From the IMG/VR virus record IMGVR_UViG_3300044878_000242, positions 1 to 60,872 of that record: a DNA stretch of 60,872 nt, one strand, 5' to 3'. The notes beneath the pieces were generated by a model, which saw only the letters and a list, made by a program, of their open reading frames with translations, made no database searches and had not been told where the DNA came from. Origin of the DNA: a virus (taxonomy: Duplodnaviria; Caudoviricetes). Each line of letters begins with the position of its first letter. Position 1 is the first letter of the stretch. Shown here piece after piece: positions 33,995 to 43,689 of this stretch. The position numbers and the translations under genes were made by a program.

Positions 33995-35844
33995 AACTCA
34001 AACTCATCTTTTTGTGGTTTAACAATTGGTTTTGTTACCTTTTTCTTTTTTCCTCCAGGAAAAAGTACATAATCGGGTAATTTGTCCTCTCTAAAATCGG
34101 GCAGCCCGGCTATGCTGTCTGCTTTCCCGGCCTTAACCATTGCTATCTCGTAACCAAACCACTTATCTAATCCCTGGCCCGCCCTGGGGTTAATTACTAT
34201 ACTTTGAGCGTCTCTGCGCTGTTGTTTAGATGTCTTATCTAAGATCGCCTGTCTTTCGGCTTTTGTCACTCCCCCAATATTAGAACTTTGAAGTTGACCA
34301 TGCCCAATTTCGGCCAGCAGTCGTCTTTGTTGTTCATAGTTCAGAGTTTTAGCAACTGTAGGGTTATATCCAAACTCGGCCAACTTTTCAGCCATAAACC
34401 GTCCGGCTGCTTCTTTAGTTGTTTGGTTAATGTCGGCGGTAATTCTTGCTGCCTGGGATCGGCTTCCACCCACCCATTGCTGCTCTATTGTCTGTCCGCC
34501 GAGTTGCATGTAAATGCCGGACCCGGGACCTACAAACTTCCGGCCGGCCGCCTGGTTGCCCGCGCTGATTCTATCCGCTTCTCTGGCTAACCGTAAATCA
34601 CTAAATGCGTCTTTTTGCAGTTTGTCGGCTAATCGTTTCCAATCGGATTCGACCATTAGTCCAGGCTCATAACTATATCGTCTTGCCCAATTGCTAACCT
34701 GTTCTTCTGCAAACAATTCCGCCTGAGCCTCTTGTAGTTCACCGTCAAAAAACTCCCCTTCTTTTTCAATCCGGGCCACATCATCTTTTATCCGCCAATA
34801 GTCCCGCGTGTATTGGAGCTTTCGGGATGTAGCCCCACCTTTCCCTAATCTCAAATTTTTAAGACTGGTTACTTCCGCAGACGGACCCCAAGTGTCATTC
34901 TCTTTAATTGTGGCCAATTTTTGGAAATCAAGCTGTCCATCTTTCCACAACTCATACCGCTCCGGCCCCAGCCAATCCTTTTGTGTAGCCGCATCGAGCG
35001 TCTTAAAATACACCTCACCCGTTGTCAGCGGAATCTCATCCACGCCCCGGATAATCGGAATCATTACGCATCTATCTTGAGGATGGAGCGGCATCAGCTC
35101 ATTTTTCTCGTACACCGTCCCATCCAGGGCCAAACAAGCCAGGCAGGTGCGCCCCGGCTGTTTAGCCGCCAGCCGGCGATACCTCACCACCATCCGGCTG
35201 TTTTGATACTGCTGCCGGCTGGCCTCTCGATACGCCCGAATCTGCTGGTCTCGTGTCACGAGCAATACGTGATTCAGCCCCTGGGCCAAGCCATCCCGCA
35301 GAATCCGCCGCGTGGTTTCCCTGGGGTTTATCCCCAACGCCACGCCCCGGATCAATTGCTCAATCATCCCGGCTGAAGCAGTCGGGTACGTCCGTTCCAA
35401 TAAGCTAGCCAAAGGCCGGCCCCCCCTGGCCAGGGCGGCAATATTCTCCGCCGCTTCCACGTTCAGCCGGTCCAGCCGCAGCAGCAGCCGGACATCTTCA
35501 CCACCGGCGGCTTGCTCCATCAAATCCATTGCATTATTCAGGCCCTGCCGGGCGGCCTCGGCCTGCAATGTTTCCAGTTGATTGCCGGCGCTTCGAGTAA
35601 ACCGGCTGATCTGCTCTTGTGTTTGCGCCAGCAGCTCCTGCATTCGCCGCAGCCTGAACAACTGCGATTCGGTCACGCTCTGCCCCGCCTGGCTAACCTG
35701 CTCCACCAAGGCCAAAATATCCGCCTCAAGCGCGTCCTCAATCGCCAGCCAGCGCTTGACCATTACATCCACCGCGCCTTGCTCCTGCTCTAGCAGCGCC
35801 TGTCTGAATTCACTGGTCAATTGCACTATCAACGGTTCGGCCAA
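33991..35844 (-). CDS. MuF/gp7-like minor head protein with a C-terminal extension
   Basis: RTCLACLALDG...PLHPQDRC MuF motif, then about 280 extra residues. Confidence 0.8.
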   Translation of the reverse strand: MAEPLIVQLTSEFRQALLEQEQGAVDVMVKRWLAIEDALEADILALVEQVSQAGQSVTESQLFRLRRMQELLAQTQEQISRFTRSAGNQLETLQAEAARQGLNNAMDLMEQAAGGEDVRLLLRLDRLNVEAAENIAALARGGRPLASLLERTYPTASAGMIEQLIRGVALGINPRETTRRILRDGLAQGLNHVLLVTRDQQIRAYREASRQQYQNSRMVVRYRRLAAKQPGRTCLACLALDGTVYEKNELMPLHPQDRCVMIPIIRGVDEIPLTTGEVYFKTLDAATQKDWLGPERYELWKDGQLDFQKLATIKENDTWGPSAEVTSLKNLRLGKGGATSRKLQYTRDYWRIKDDVARIEKEGEFFDGELQEAQAELFAEEQVSNWARRYSYEPGLMVESDWKRLADKLQKDAFSDLRLAREADRISAGNQAAGRKFVGPGSGIYMQLGGQTIEQQWVGGSRSQAARITADINQTTKEAAGRFMAEKLAEFGYNPTVAKTLNYEQQRRLLAEIGHGQLQSSNIGGVTKAERQAILDKTSKQQRRDAQSIVINPRAGQGLDKWFGYEIAMVKAGKADSIAGLPDFREDKLPDYVLFPGGKKKKVTKPIVKPQKDEFEF

Positions 35845-35872
35845 CTACTCCCTACTCCTTACTCCCTACTTC

Positions 35873-36526
35873 TTACTCCCTGATAAAATACCACAAGCTA
35901 GGCCACGCCTCTTTGCTCACGTACAACTGCCGGCCCGTCCGCTGCGTAAACTCTATCACCGCCGACCGTACCCCGAATTTACCCAACGGCCCATCGTAAT
36001 CAACAAAATCGTGGCCGGCCACCATCCCCCCCGGCCTCACCACCTCCGACCAGGCTGCCAGATCGGCCAACACGGCCTCATAACTGTGATTGCCATCCAG
36101 ATAAACAAAGTCCAGGCTCGCCGGCCCCAGAAGGTTCGCCATTTTTAGCGACGACTCAATCACAATTTGCCCCCGTCCCCCAAACGCTTTCATCGCCTGA
36201 TACGTGGCCGATAGGTTGGAGCTGTGTTCGCCATCGCTCACATTCGCCACATCATCATACCCATCCGGCTGATGTTTCCACAAGTCCACCAAAAACAATT
36301 CCCCCTCCCAATGCTGTAACAGATAGCTGCTAAACTCGCCACGCTGCACCCCCACCTCGGCCCCCTGTTTGGCCCCCATCAACCGTAACAGCCCTGGCAG
36401 CCCCTGCCGGGTGCAGCACTCCATAAACCCATCAGCGCCGGCTACAGTCAAATGCAGCTCTAACGACACGGCCTCGTTGCCCAAATATGCCCCGACGGGC
36501 AAATGAAATGTAGCCAGGGTTGTCAT
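35873..36526 (-). CDS. Class I SAM-dependent methyltransferase (Methyltransf_24-like)
   Basis: GAEVGVQRG, LDFVYLDGNHSYEAV..DL..W...VRPGG..AGHDF. Confidence 0.85.
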   Translation of the reverse strand: MTTLATFHLPVGAYLGNEAVSLELHLTVAGADGFMECCTRQGLPGLLRLMGAKQGAEVGVQRGEFSSYLLQHWEGELFLVDLWKHQPDGYDDVANVSDGEHSSNLSATYQAMKAFGGRGQIVIESSLKMANLLGPASLDFVYLDGNHSYEAVLADLAAWSEVVRPGGMVAGHDFVDYDGPLGKFGVRSAVIEFTQRTGRQLYVSKEAWPSLWYFIRE

Positions 36527-36709
36527 TCATCCCCACCAAAATACCTCAGATAATCCAGATGGGCCAGATAAAAAGACCCAACCAAAACCAAGAGGACTAT
36601 CACGCCTAATATTGACAATGCGATAAATAGGGTTGTGATTGTAGTCATCGGGTCTCCGTAAGCAAGGGAAACCCATCCAGACAGTCCGGGGTCATGAAGA
36701 TTTGATAGG

Positions 36710-36910
36710 TCATCTTCCGCGTTCCTTAATCCAGGCCGCGACTATTCCCCACCAGCCTACCACACACGAAATAAAAAGATAACATACCGCTGATAAACCT
36801 TCTTTGCGTAATTCGTCCCTGGTCACAATAAGCGCGGATATGAACACAATAAAGCCTGCTAGACAATAAGCTACAACAAAGATTGTCATTATTTCGTTTA
36901 AGGTTGTCAT
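36710..36910 (-). CDS. Small membrane protein
   Basis: Two TM segments. Confidence 0.5.
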   Translation of the reverse strand: MTTLNEIMTIFVVAYCLAGFIVFISALIVTRDELRKEGLSAVCYLFISCVVGWWGIVAAWIKERGR

Positions 36911-36926
36911 CTTAATTTATTTCCTA

Positions 36927-37038
36927 TTGGCGGGCCGGACTCAAACCGGCTGCTCCGGGCCAGGAATGGGTACGTCTACCCGTCCGGGCATTGAAGCCGG
37001 ACTCTCTGCCCTGTGGGTACTCCCCCCACCGCCGCCAA
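36927..37038 (-). ncRNA. tRNA-like structured element
   Basis: Acceptor-like TTGGCGG/CCGCCAA, T-arm GCCGG-TTTGAGT-CCGGC, extra hairpins; non-canonical. Confidence 0.35.
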
Positions 37039-37042
37039 AATT

Positions 37043-37070
37043 AGGTTACACAAAGGGAATTGTTCCGCCT
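37043..37070 (+). repeat. 28-bp motif, copy 6
   Basis: AGGTTACACAA-AGGGAA-TTGTTCCGCCT, next to the portal stop codon. Confidence 0.85.
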
Positions 37071-37071
37071 A

Positions 37072-38859
37072 TTATCCCCCATTGATTATCAACTCCGCCC
37101 TTTGCCGCTCAACCCCCATAGACACAATCAGCTCAATTGCCGCTGCTTTTTCAATTCTACCCGCCGCAAGTTGCTCTATGAGTCCCACCGCCGCCGTGAT
37201 CTGGGCACCGTTCAGCCCCTTGGTTGATTGCAAATTATCAGGCGCCGACTCCAAGGCTACCCCCCCCGGAATCTCCCCACCTATTCCTACTCCCTGATTG
37301 CCCCCATCCAGCCGCCGTTGGGCGTTCAATAACGCCGTTCCGAGCAACTGCTGCTCCTGCTCACTCTCCTGGGCCACCAGCGCGGCCTCGGCGTCTGTAT
37401 CTTCAACCTTTACCCGCTGCCGCCCGGTAGTTTTGCTCAACAATTTCTTGTCAACCAACTCTCCGACAATCCGCTGCTCATCCGCCGTAACCGGCCCGGT
37501 GTCGATTCGCGCCTCAGCGTTCACTCGCAGCCCATCATACCGGCCCGGCTGCTGGCTAAATTGCGCCGCCATCGCCAGCACCGTCTCCAGCAGCCACCGC
37601 AGCGCTGCTTCCACCTCTGGCTTCGTCAGTAGGAGCGATTGCTCAAAATCGCTCCGGGCCTGCACCCGGCTTTCCCCGCTCGCCGCCGCATCGCCGGAGA
37701 TAAGCGCATGGAGTTGGTGAACCTCCTCCAATATCCCCCGGTAAGCGGACCGTTCCGTATCCTCAAACGTCCCTACCGCCACCGGATCGCGGTAGACCAC
37801 GCTGGGCGAGGCCACCTGCTGGTTGCCGTCCGCGTCGGTATAGGTTACGCCGGCCAGGAAGTTGGTCACCCCGGGGCCGGTGTGGAATGGCTCCGGTACA
37901 AATCGGGTTGTTCCGGGCCGGTCCGTATCGGCCACGTTTTTTCCTGGCATCTGGGTGTTGAAGAACGTCCGCTCCAGGAATCCCCCCTGAATTACGTTTC
38001 GCTGCATCATGGTCTTGGCCAGGTTTAACATTTTTTGCTGTTGCAGCACCTGGTCGGTCACCAATAACGTCCGGTGCAGTTCAAACATTGTCAGCCGGCC
38101 CCGCAGCGCCAGCCGGGCCTCGTTTACCACCTCGCCACCCTCTTTAATCACCCGCAGCATCGTGGACTGCCCATCCAAATACGTCAGCTCGGCCAATTCC
38201 TCCTTGCCATCTACTCCGCCAAGGTAACTGTAAACCCCCAACTGAGCCAATCTGGACCGCTCAACCCCCACGCCCGACTGGTCCGGCTCCGGGTGATGCA
38301 CAAAAATCCGCTTCACCGATTCCGCCAGGCTGCCTGGCGGCACCTGCCCCGCCTCGTTCAGCTCTCCCGGTGGCACAAACAGCCGCAGCACTCCCCGCTT
38401 GCCCAACAGCGCTGTCGAAACAACGCTCTGTACTATCTTGTGCGCTCCGGCCAACTCATCGCCCTTCCCAACCAAGCCAAATTGACCGTCCCACCAGCTC
38501 ACCAGTAATTCCTCTGCCTCAGCAATAAGCGCCCGTTCGTCCGCCCCCGGCTCCTCGCCCTCAGCCAGCATCCGCCGCACCGTCACCCCCCAGCCAGGCT
38601 CTTTCCCGGCCACCCCCGCCACGTGCCGATCAACTACCTCTTTTACGACGTTCTTGGAGACAAACGTGCGCATAATCTCCATTAGCGTATTGTTATAGAG
38701 CGGGTGCTTTACGTCCAGCCTCGGCCCCGACCATCCCTCCCCATTCTGCCAATGGTCTCCATTGTAGAATCGGATGTTGGCCTGCATCCACCCCGCTTCT
38801 CGATCCCTGATCTGGCCTAACGCCTGCTTAACCGTCAGCGTATCAAACAACGCCATCAT
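37072..38859 (-). CDS. Portal protein
   Basis: 595 aa at the head of the structural operon; FYNGDHW, NVVKEVVDRHV, ASGES motifs typical of SPP1-like portals. Confidence 0.8.
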   Translation of the reverse strand: MMALFDTLTVKQALGQIRDREAGWMQANIRFYNGDHWQNGEGWSGPRLDVKHPLYNNTLMEIMRTFVSKNVVKEVVDRHVAGVAGKEPGWGVTVRRMLAEGEEPGADERALIAEAEELLVSWWDGQFGLVGKGDELAGAHKIVQSVVSTALLGKRGVLRLFVPPGELNEAGQVPPGSLAESVKRIFVHHPEPDQSGVGVERSRLAQLGVYSYLGGVDGKEELAELTYLDGQSTMLRVIKEGGEVVNEARLALRGRLTMFELHRTLLVTDQVLQQQKMLNLAKTMMQRNVIQGGFLERTFFNTQMPGKNVADTDRPGTTRFVPEPFHTGPGVTNFLAGVTYTDADGNQQVASPSVVYRDPVAVGTFEDTERSAYRGILEEVHQLHALISGDAAASGESRVQARSDFEQSLLLTKPEVEAALRWLLETVLAMAAQFSQQPGRYDGLRVNAEARIDTGPVTADEQRIVGELVDKKLLSKTTGRQRVKVEDTDAEAALVAQESEQEQQLLGTALLNAQRRLDGGNQGVGIGGEIPGGVALESAPDNLQSTKGLNGAQITAAVGLIEQLAAGRIEKAAAIELIVSMGVERQRAELIINGG

Positions 38860-39140
38860 CCACCATCCTTTTTGCTAAGACAAGGAAACTGCCGGGGGCA
38901 AAACCAGCCGTAGAACCAGTTCAGCCGGACGCGGCAAAATATACAATAAATTTCAGGAGGCTCTTTGTCCATAGTCTACGATTCCCCTACGGACATTGAC
39001 TCTTGTCCAAAATTGTGATACATTCGAGCTATGTTGACGCGCATAATTTTCCCCACGAATTTCAACCAAACCTAGCTCTAAATTTTAGCCGTAGCCCTCC
39101 GGGGTTGCGGTATTTTTTTGGCAAACAGTGCCCCGTTGTC

Positions 39141-39512
39141 TCACAACGTAGCGCTGTTTTTTGTCGCCTCCAACCCATCCATTTCCAGCTGACCCAACTG
39201 CGCTGCGGCCCGTTCAAGAACTTGAATGGTAATAATCTCCGATTTACCCAGGTAGACCCGGCGTAATTTCCCAAACACATGGCGGTGAGCATACCAATAA
39301 TCAAAACTTTCCCCGGACCGTCCGGCCCGTCTTTCTTTGAGCACCGTGCAGTTGCCCCCAGCTAGATTCTCATATCTGAAACTGCGGTGATCCGGGTGGC
39401 GCAGCCAATCCCGGAACCCCGTCTTGCCGCTCACCTCGCAGATCGGCGAGCCATCGGGCCGGAATAAGGTGCCCCGGCTAACGAAATACATTTGTTCTGT
39501 CTGTTTTGGCAT
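39141..39512 (-). CDS. Putative DNA-binding protein
   Basis: SFRY...CTVLKERR...YWYAHRH..GKLRRVYLGK, resembling an N-terminal domain common in Chloroflexota regulators. Confidence 0.55.
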   Translation of the reverse strand: MPKQTEQMYFVSRGTLFRPDGSPICEVSGKTGFRDWLRHPDHRSFRYENLAGGNCTVLKERRAGRSGESFDYWYAHRHVFGKLRRVYLGKSEIITIQVLERAAAQLGQLEMDGLEATKNSATL

Positions 39513-39562
39513 TTTTCTTGGTTCGTGTAACTCTTGTTATATGAACCGTCAGGTGTTACCCA

Positions 39563-40102
39563 CTATTTTTGGCGGTTTTCTTCGTGATGGTGCAGCCTAT
39601 CAGAAGCCTTATCAATCTCGGACTTTAATTGCATCCAGCCCCACCATACGGTGCCCAGATTCCCCAGGTCGTGCCGGATCCGCCCGGTCAATTCCAAAGC
39701 CGTTTCCACCTTATTCCTGTCCAACATTGTCTCTTTTTCCAGAACATCCCTCAACTGGTCTATCAGCCGGATCGCGGTCATCATTTTATGCGCCGCCCCA
39801 TTCAAAATGGGTTGATGATAGATCAGATAAATCACCCCAATCAGGCCAGCTATGCCAATTACCCTCTGGATAGAGGTGGGGTTGATTGCCCAATTATCCA
39901 GAAATGAAATAAATACGAGCACCCACGTGCCCGTTACAACGGCCCCCACTACATTGCTAAAATACCCGGCCAGCACAATCAACACTATAAAAATGGCAGC
40001 GCTGGGCTGAAAGCCCATATACTGCAACACAACAGTGTAACCCAGACTAAATAATATCATCGTTACCGGCCCAATAACGGTAAAGTTTTTAATCCATTTC
40101 AT
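39563..40102 (-). CDS. Membrane protein (possible lysis function)
   Basis: Three to four TM segments followed by a helical tail. Confidence 0.6.
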   Translation of the reverse strand: MKWIKNFTVIGPVTMILFSLGYTVVLQYMGFQPSAAIFIVLIVLAGYFSNVVGAVVTGTWVLVFISFLDNWAINPTSIQRVIGIAGLIGVIYLIYHQPILNGAAHKMMTAIRLIDQLRDVLEKETMLDRNKVETALELTGRIRHDLGNLGTVWWGWMQLKSEIDKASDRLHHHEENRQK

Positions 40103-40625
40103 TCTGGTCCAACTCCTGTTCTATCTCAGCAATAGTTTCCTCAAGATATTTGATCTCATTTAACTTTTCAAGCGGAATCGCCCCGCCGTATTTGGCGGCC
40201 TGCTCCTTGTCCGTATTTAGATTGCTATAGTGTATTTTTAGTTCGTTGCGAAGGCTTTCCTGGCTGCGCCTGGTGATCTGTTCGCCGATTCGCTGCGCTT
40301 TCTTGGGCGCAATTTTGGTCTGGGCTTCCAGGGTAGATTTTATAAATTCCATCGTGATCCGGCTGGTTTGTTCCAAAATCCTCAGCCGGACATGAATAGA
40401 TTGAATGAGTTCCTGCTGCGCTGCTAACAAAGTTGCTATTTCTCCGATCTTTAAAAACTGTCCGCGCTCAATCGCCGCCCTGGCTTCAATCAACCTGGAT
40501 TGCTTTTTTTGCTCTTCGAGCGTGGCAGCTTGGGCCGCCGCCGCCTCCAGTGTTGCCCTGGCCACGTCGGCAGTTTGTGATGTGTGACGATCAATCGCGG
40601 CCAGTATCTCATTCAGGTTATCCAT
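40089..40625 (-). CDS. Coiled-coil hypothetical protein
   Basis: Heptad-rich ORF overlapping the next gene. Confidence 0.6.
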   Translation of the reverse strand: MDNLNEILAAIDRHTSQTADVARATLEAAAAQAATLEEQKKQSRLIEARAAIERGQFLKIGEIATLLAAQQELIQSIHVRLRILEQTSRITMEFIKSTLEAQTKIAPKKAQRIGEQITRRSQESLRNELKIHYSNLNTDKEQAAKYGGAIPLEKLNEIKYLEETIAEIEQELDQNEMD

Positions 40626-40730
40626 TTCACCGTTAAGTTTTTTAAGAGCTATTTGAGACTAGATTCATCCGCATTATGTCCAGTATACCAGAAATTTTGT
40701 TCTAAAACAATTCACCGCTTTTTTTATATG

Positions 40731-41288
40731 TTAAGGCCATCTCCTTCCCTCTCTGGCTTCCAGTTCAACGATCCGGGCTTCTATATTAGCCAGGCGATCC
40801 ATCAGGGGAACCACCCCGTTACGGCGAAGCTGAAAAGTAAGATGCAGCCCGGTATGGTCGGCGAGCATGCCGGCGCCGGTGACCACATCGCTGGAATATT
40901 CCGGCTCAAGCAGATAGACGGTAATCCCACCCGGTTGGCCCTGCTTAACCCCACCGCCTTGAATTTGGTCAATTTGACCACTGCCGGCGGTAGGTACGGT
41001 AAAGGCTCGGCTGGGTGGGGGCGGGCTCCATAAAAAATCAGGGCTAAGAACATATTGGTCGGCGGTACTGTAAGAGAAGGCCGCCCGTACATTGGGCATA
41101 GGAAAGCCATTTTCGTCTACAACCATAACGATAACTCGCTGATCCTCAAAGGTTTTGGCTTTAGTGCGGCGAACGCCGGTCAGGTAAAAATGACCTTTAG
41201 CCTGTTGGCTCACCTGCCGTTGGAGGGTGGCCATCCAATCTTGCTGAATGTCCATCGGTAAAACATTGATAGGCTGATAGTTCATCAT
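40731..41288 (-). CDS. Hypothetical protein (beta-sandwich-like)
   Basis: VMVVDENGFPMPNV and SDVVTGAG...HTGLHLTFQ motifs; AAGGA RBS. Confidence 0.6.
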   Translation of the reverse strand: MMNYQPINVLPMDIQQDWMATLQRQVSQQAKGHFYLTGVRRTKAKTFEDQRVIVMVVDENGFPMPNVRAAFSYSTADQYVLSPDFLWSPPPPSRAFTVPTAGSGQIDQIQGGGVKQGQPGGITVYLLEPEYSSDVVTGAGMLADHTGLHLTFQLRRNGVVPLMDRLANIEARIVELEAREGRRWP

Positions 41289-41319
41289 GGTAAATTTTTC
41301 CTTTTCCTATTAATAAATA

Positions 41320-41862
41320 TTACGTATCTATTTGATTTGCTTGTATGTTAAGGCCATTGTGAACCCACTTCGACCATGAAGTTTGCCCCTTATAGCCAGC
41401 TTGAAAATGCGCGGCAGCAAGAGCGTATCCAAACGGAAACCCCCAATCAGTCCCCGTACCATACCTGCGAATATGAACAATCCCTCCCCAATTAAACAAA
41501 TCGTCTTGAAACTTACCTGAAGCAAATATTTTATAGATCGGCATCACATAAAGGATATTACGAGCAATTTGCATACTATGCCGCAGCCAGGCGGAATAGT
41601 GGGAATAAGGAGGATTTCCCACGATCCAATCAGCCGGCCTAAACCAACTATAAAAATCACGCCCTAACTCTATTTCGCACCAATCCGATCCGGCAGGCAG
41701 TAGATCATAAAAAACACCGCTGCCGGCACAAGGGTCAAGACAAAAACCAGTAGGCTGGAAAAAATTCACCATGTCTATTGCTAATTCCAGGGGGGTATAA
41801 ACAATGTCGGATTTTGTACATATGTGAAACAACGACGGTTGCATTTTTAATTCCTTGCCCAT
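41320..41862 (-). CDS. DNA N6-adenine methyltransferase
   Basis: YTP, LDPCAGSG (motif I), GNPPYS (motif IV). Confidence 0.85.
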   Translation of the reverse strand: MGKELKMQPSLFHICTKSDIVYTPLELAIDMVNFFQPTGFCLDPCAGSGVFYDLLPAGSDWCEIELGRDFYSWFRPADWIVGNPPYSHYSAWLRHSMQIARNILYVMPIYKIFASGKFQDDLFNWGGIVHIRRYGTGTDWGFPFGYALAAAHFQAGYKGQTSWSKWVHNGLNIQANQIDT

Positions 41863-41873
41863 TAGTCTCCTTT

Positions 41874-41901
41874 AGGTGTAACAACCCTGCTTGTATGACC
41901 T
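41874..41901. repeat. 28-bp motif, copy 7
   Basis: AGGTGTAACAA-CCCTGC-TTGTATGACCT. Confidence 0.75.
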
Positions 41902-41908
41902 ATATTCT

Positions 41909-42268
41909 CTAAAAATCCGCTTCTTCAATAATCATTCTAATCATGTGAAGCTGACTGCGCGGAAATAACAGTTCGCGCCGGTAGGGGCGAAATATGCCGG
42001 GGATGCGGTGATAATGAGGTCTCAACCTGTGCCCCACCTGTGTATAGGAGAGACAAAACATTTCCGCCAATTCGGCCCGGGACAAATACGCTCCGGTCGT
42101 TTCATCAGGACGTGTAAGTTTTTCCGGGATGGGGCAAAGAGATCTCTTTTGCTTTGTATCAACATGCACACATTCCACCAGCGGGCAGCTAAGACAAATA
42201 TTTCGGTAAGCTGAATCTATCGTCATCAGACTCAGCTCGTATGTGTTTATATCATTCCTCATTGCCAC
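41909..42268 (-). CDS. Cys-cluster plus HTH protein (possible late regulator)
   Basis: CLSCPLVEC...C cluster, YLSRAELAEMF HTH. Confidence 0.55.
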   Translation of the reverse strand: MAMRNDINTYELSLMTIDSAYRNICLSCPLVECVHVDTKQKRSLCPIPEKLTRPDETTGAYLSRAELAEMFCLSYTQVGHRLRPHYHRIPGIFRPYRRELLFPRSQLHMIRMIIEEADF

Positions 42269-43435
42269 CTACCTCACTAAAAGTGTCTGCACCGCGATTT
42301 CGCCCCTAGACGTTAGCCGCAACGAATCAATAGCTATATTCCCTGCTATTTCGTCCCCTTGCCAACCGTGTGGCCACGTGTTTGTAGCCCAAAGCTCCCT
42401 GATTCGCGCCTCCTCCTCGGTATTGATTAAATCCACCGAGGCCCGGCCCTGAATATCCAAAACCCGCTCCAACCCATAAGCGCGTGCTTCCATCGTTAGC
42501 GGCCCCAAACGCTGGACATTCTGGCTGTACTTACCATCCTTCCTCACTTCCGGCTCACTCTTACGAATACGCCATTTTGCCTTGATCAATTCCCGGAAAA
42601 GCGGCTTCAATTCCAGTAATGGGCTAAGGTGCGCCCACTCCGGCGTTTTTACCAACCGAATCAAGGCCGTGTCTTTGTTGACCAGATTGCACCCAATGCA
42701 GCCGGTGCGGGCATCGTCCTCCCCGTAAACCACCGCGATTTTGTCCACGTTATAGCCGTGCCTGGACTGTTCAAAATAAAGCCAATCGTAAATATGGCAC
42801 AATCGCCAATGCAGCAGCGGGGCCAGCGTATCCGCTACGCTCTTCGGCGTACTCACCTGAAACCAGCCTTGCCCACACTCACCCGAATCCTTTGAGCAAC
42901 TGACTGCTATCCGCTGATCTCGTGCGGCGCTTTCGCCAATGCGGACGCCGGTTAGCATGAGTAACTTTTCGCCCGCCTGCTCTCTGAGGTTTGACAACGC
43001 TGCCATCATCGGATCGACCTTAAGGGCGACGGTGCACCACCGGAAACGGTTTTTGGGCGGTGGCACCCCCCGGCCCAACATATACACATAAAACCGCTTA
43101 TCCAGTGGAGGCAAAACCACCTCAGCGTTATATCCATCATTCCTCAAAACATTCAATAACTTTACCGCCGTTTGCTGGAGCGGTGGTAACTCCTGGCGAG
43201 TATCAGCATACAGAATCGAAAGCGATTCCGGCGCAGCTACCTTGCCCGATTTGATAGCCCACGCCACAAATGCAACGGTGGCGCTGCTGTCTTTGCCGCC
43301 ACTGTAAGCAATGGCCCAATGCCGGTATCTCTCCCCATACGCGCTCAGGCTTGCCAGGCTCAACTCAATCGAGCTCTCCAAATCCAAGCGCTGATCCTCA
43401 AATAAGGAAATCTGCCTGCTAATTCCTTTACTCAT
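42269..43435 (-). CDS. PAPS-reductase family protein (DndC-like, putative DNA modification)
   Basis: AYSGGKDS PP-loop, RWCT..LK..P, GVRIGESAAR, RTGCIGC Fe-S motif. Confidence 0.85.
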   Translation of the reverse strand: MSKGISRQISLFEDQRLDLESSIELSLASLSAYGERYRHWAIAYSGGKDSSATVAFVAWAIKSGKVAAPESLSILYADTRQELPPLQQTAVKLLNVLRNDGYNAEVVLPPLDKRFYVYMLGRGVPPPKNRFRWCTVALKVDPMMAALSNLREQAGEKLLMLTGVRIGESAARDQRIAVSCSKDSGECGQGWFQVSTPKSVADTLAPLLHWRLCHIYDWLYFEQSRHGYNVDKIAVVYGEDDARTGCIGCNLVNKDTALIRLVKTPEWAHLSPLLELKPLFRELIKAKWRIRKSEPEVRKDGKYSQNVQRLGPLTMEARAYGLERVLDIQGRASVDLINTEEEARIRELWATNTWPHGWQGDEIAGNIAIDSLRLTSRGEIAVQTLLVR

Positions 43436-43680
43436 TGTTCCTTGATCCTTGATCCTTGATCCTTGTTCATTGTTCCTTGTTCATTCCTCTTCAGCCGCTC
43501 GCAGCGCCGCTGAAGCTCGGCGATATACTGATCTTTTCGATTGAGGTCTAAACAAAGCAACTTGACCTGATCTCTGAGTAGTCGAATCTTTTGATTGAGC
43601 CTGGCAAGCCGGCAATTCAGCATTATAAAACCTAATGCGGCTATCGCCACCAGGCTCACCCAAAACCACGTTTCAAGCAT
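43432..43680 (-). CDS. TM plus coiled-coil protein
   Basis: N-terminal TM segment, heptads. Confidence 0.5.
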   Translation of the reverse strand: MLETWFWVSLVAIAALGFIMLNCRLARLNQKIRLLRDQVKLLCLDLNRKDQYIAELQRRCERLKRNEQGTMNKDQGSRIKEQ

Positions 43681-43689
43681 GCCGTACCT

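Noticed and set aside
36927-37038. Bona fide tRNA-Sec or opal suppressor
   Set aside because: The anticodon-like loop is 9 nt, extra linkers break cloverleaf spacing and there is no CCA after the acceptor stem; reported only as tRNA-like.
38874-38895. Twelfth copy of the 28-bp motif (ACAAGGAAACTG)
   Set aside because: It lacks the AGG arm and the full TTGT, so it is too degenerate to count.
42269-43435. Complete Dnd phosphorothioation system
   Set aside because: Only a DndC-like gene is seen; no dndA, B, D or E equivalents are recognisable.
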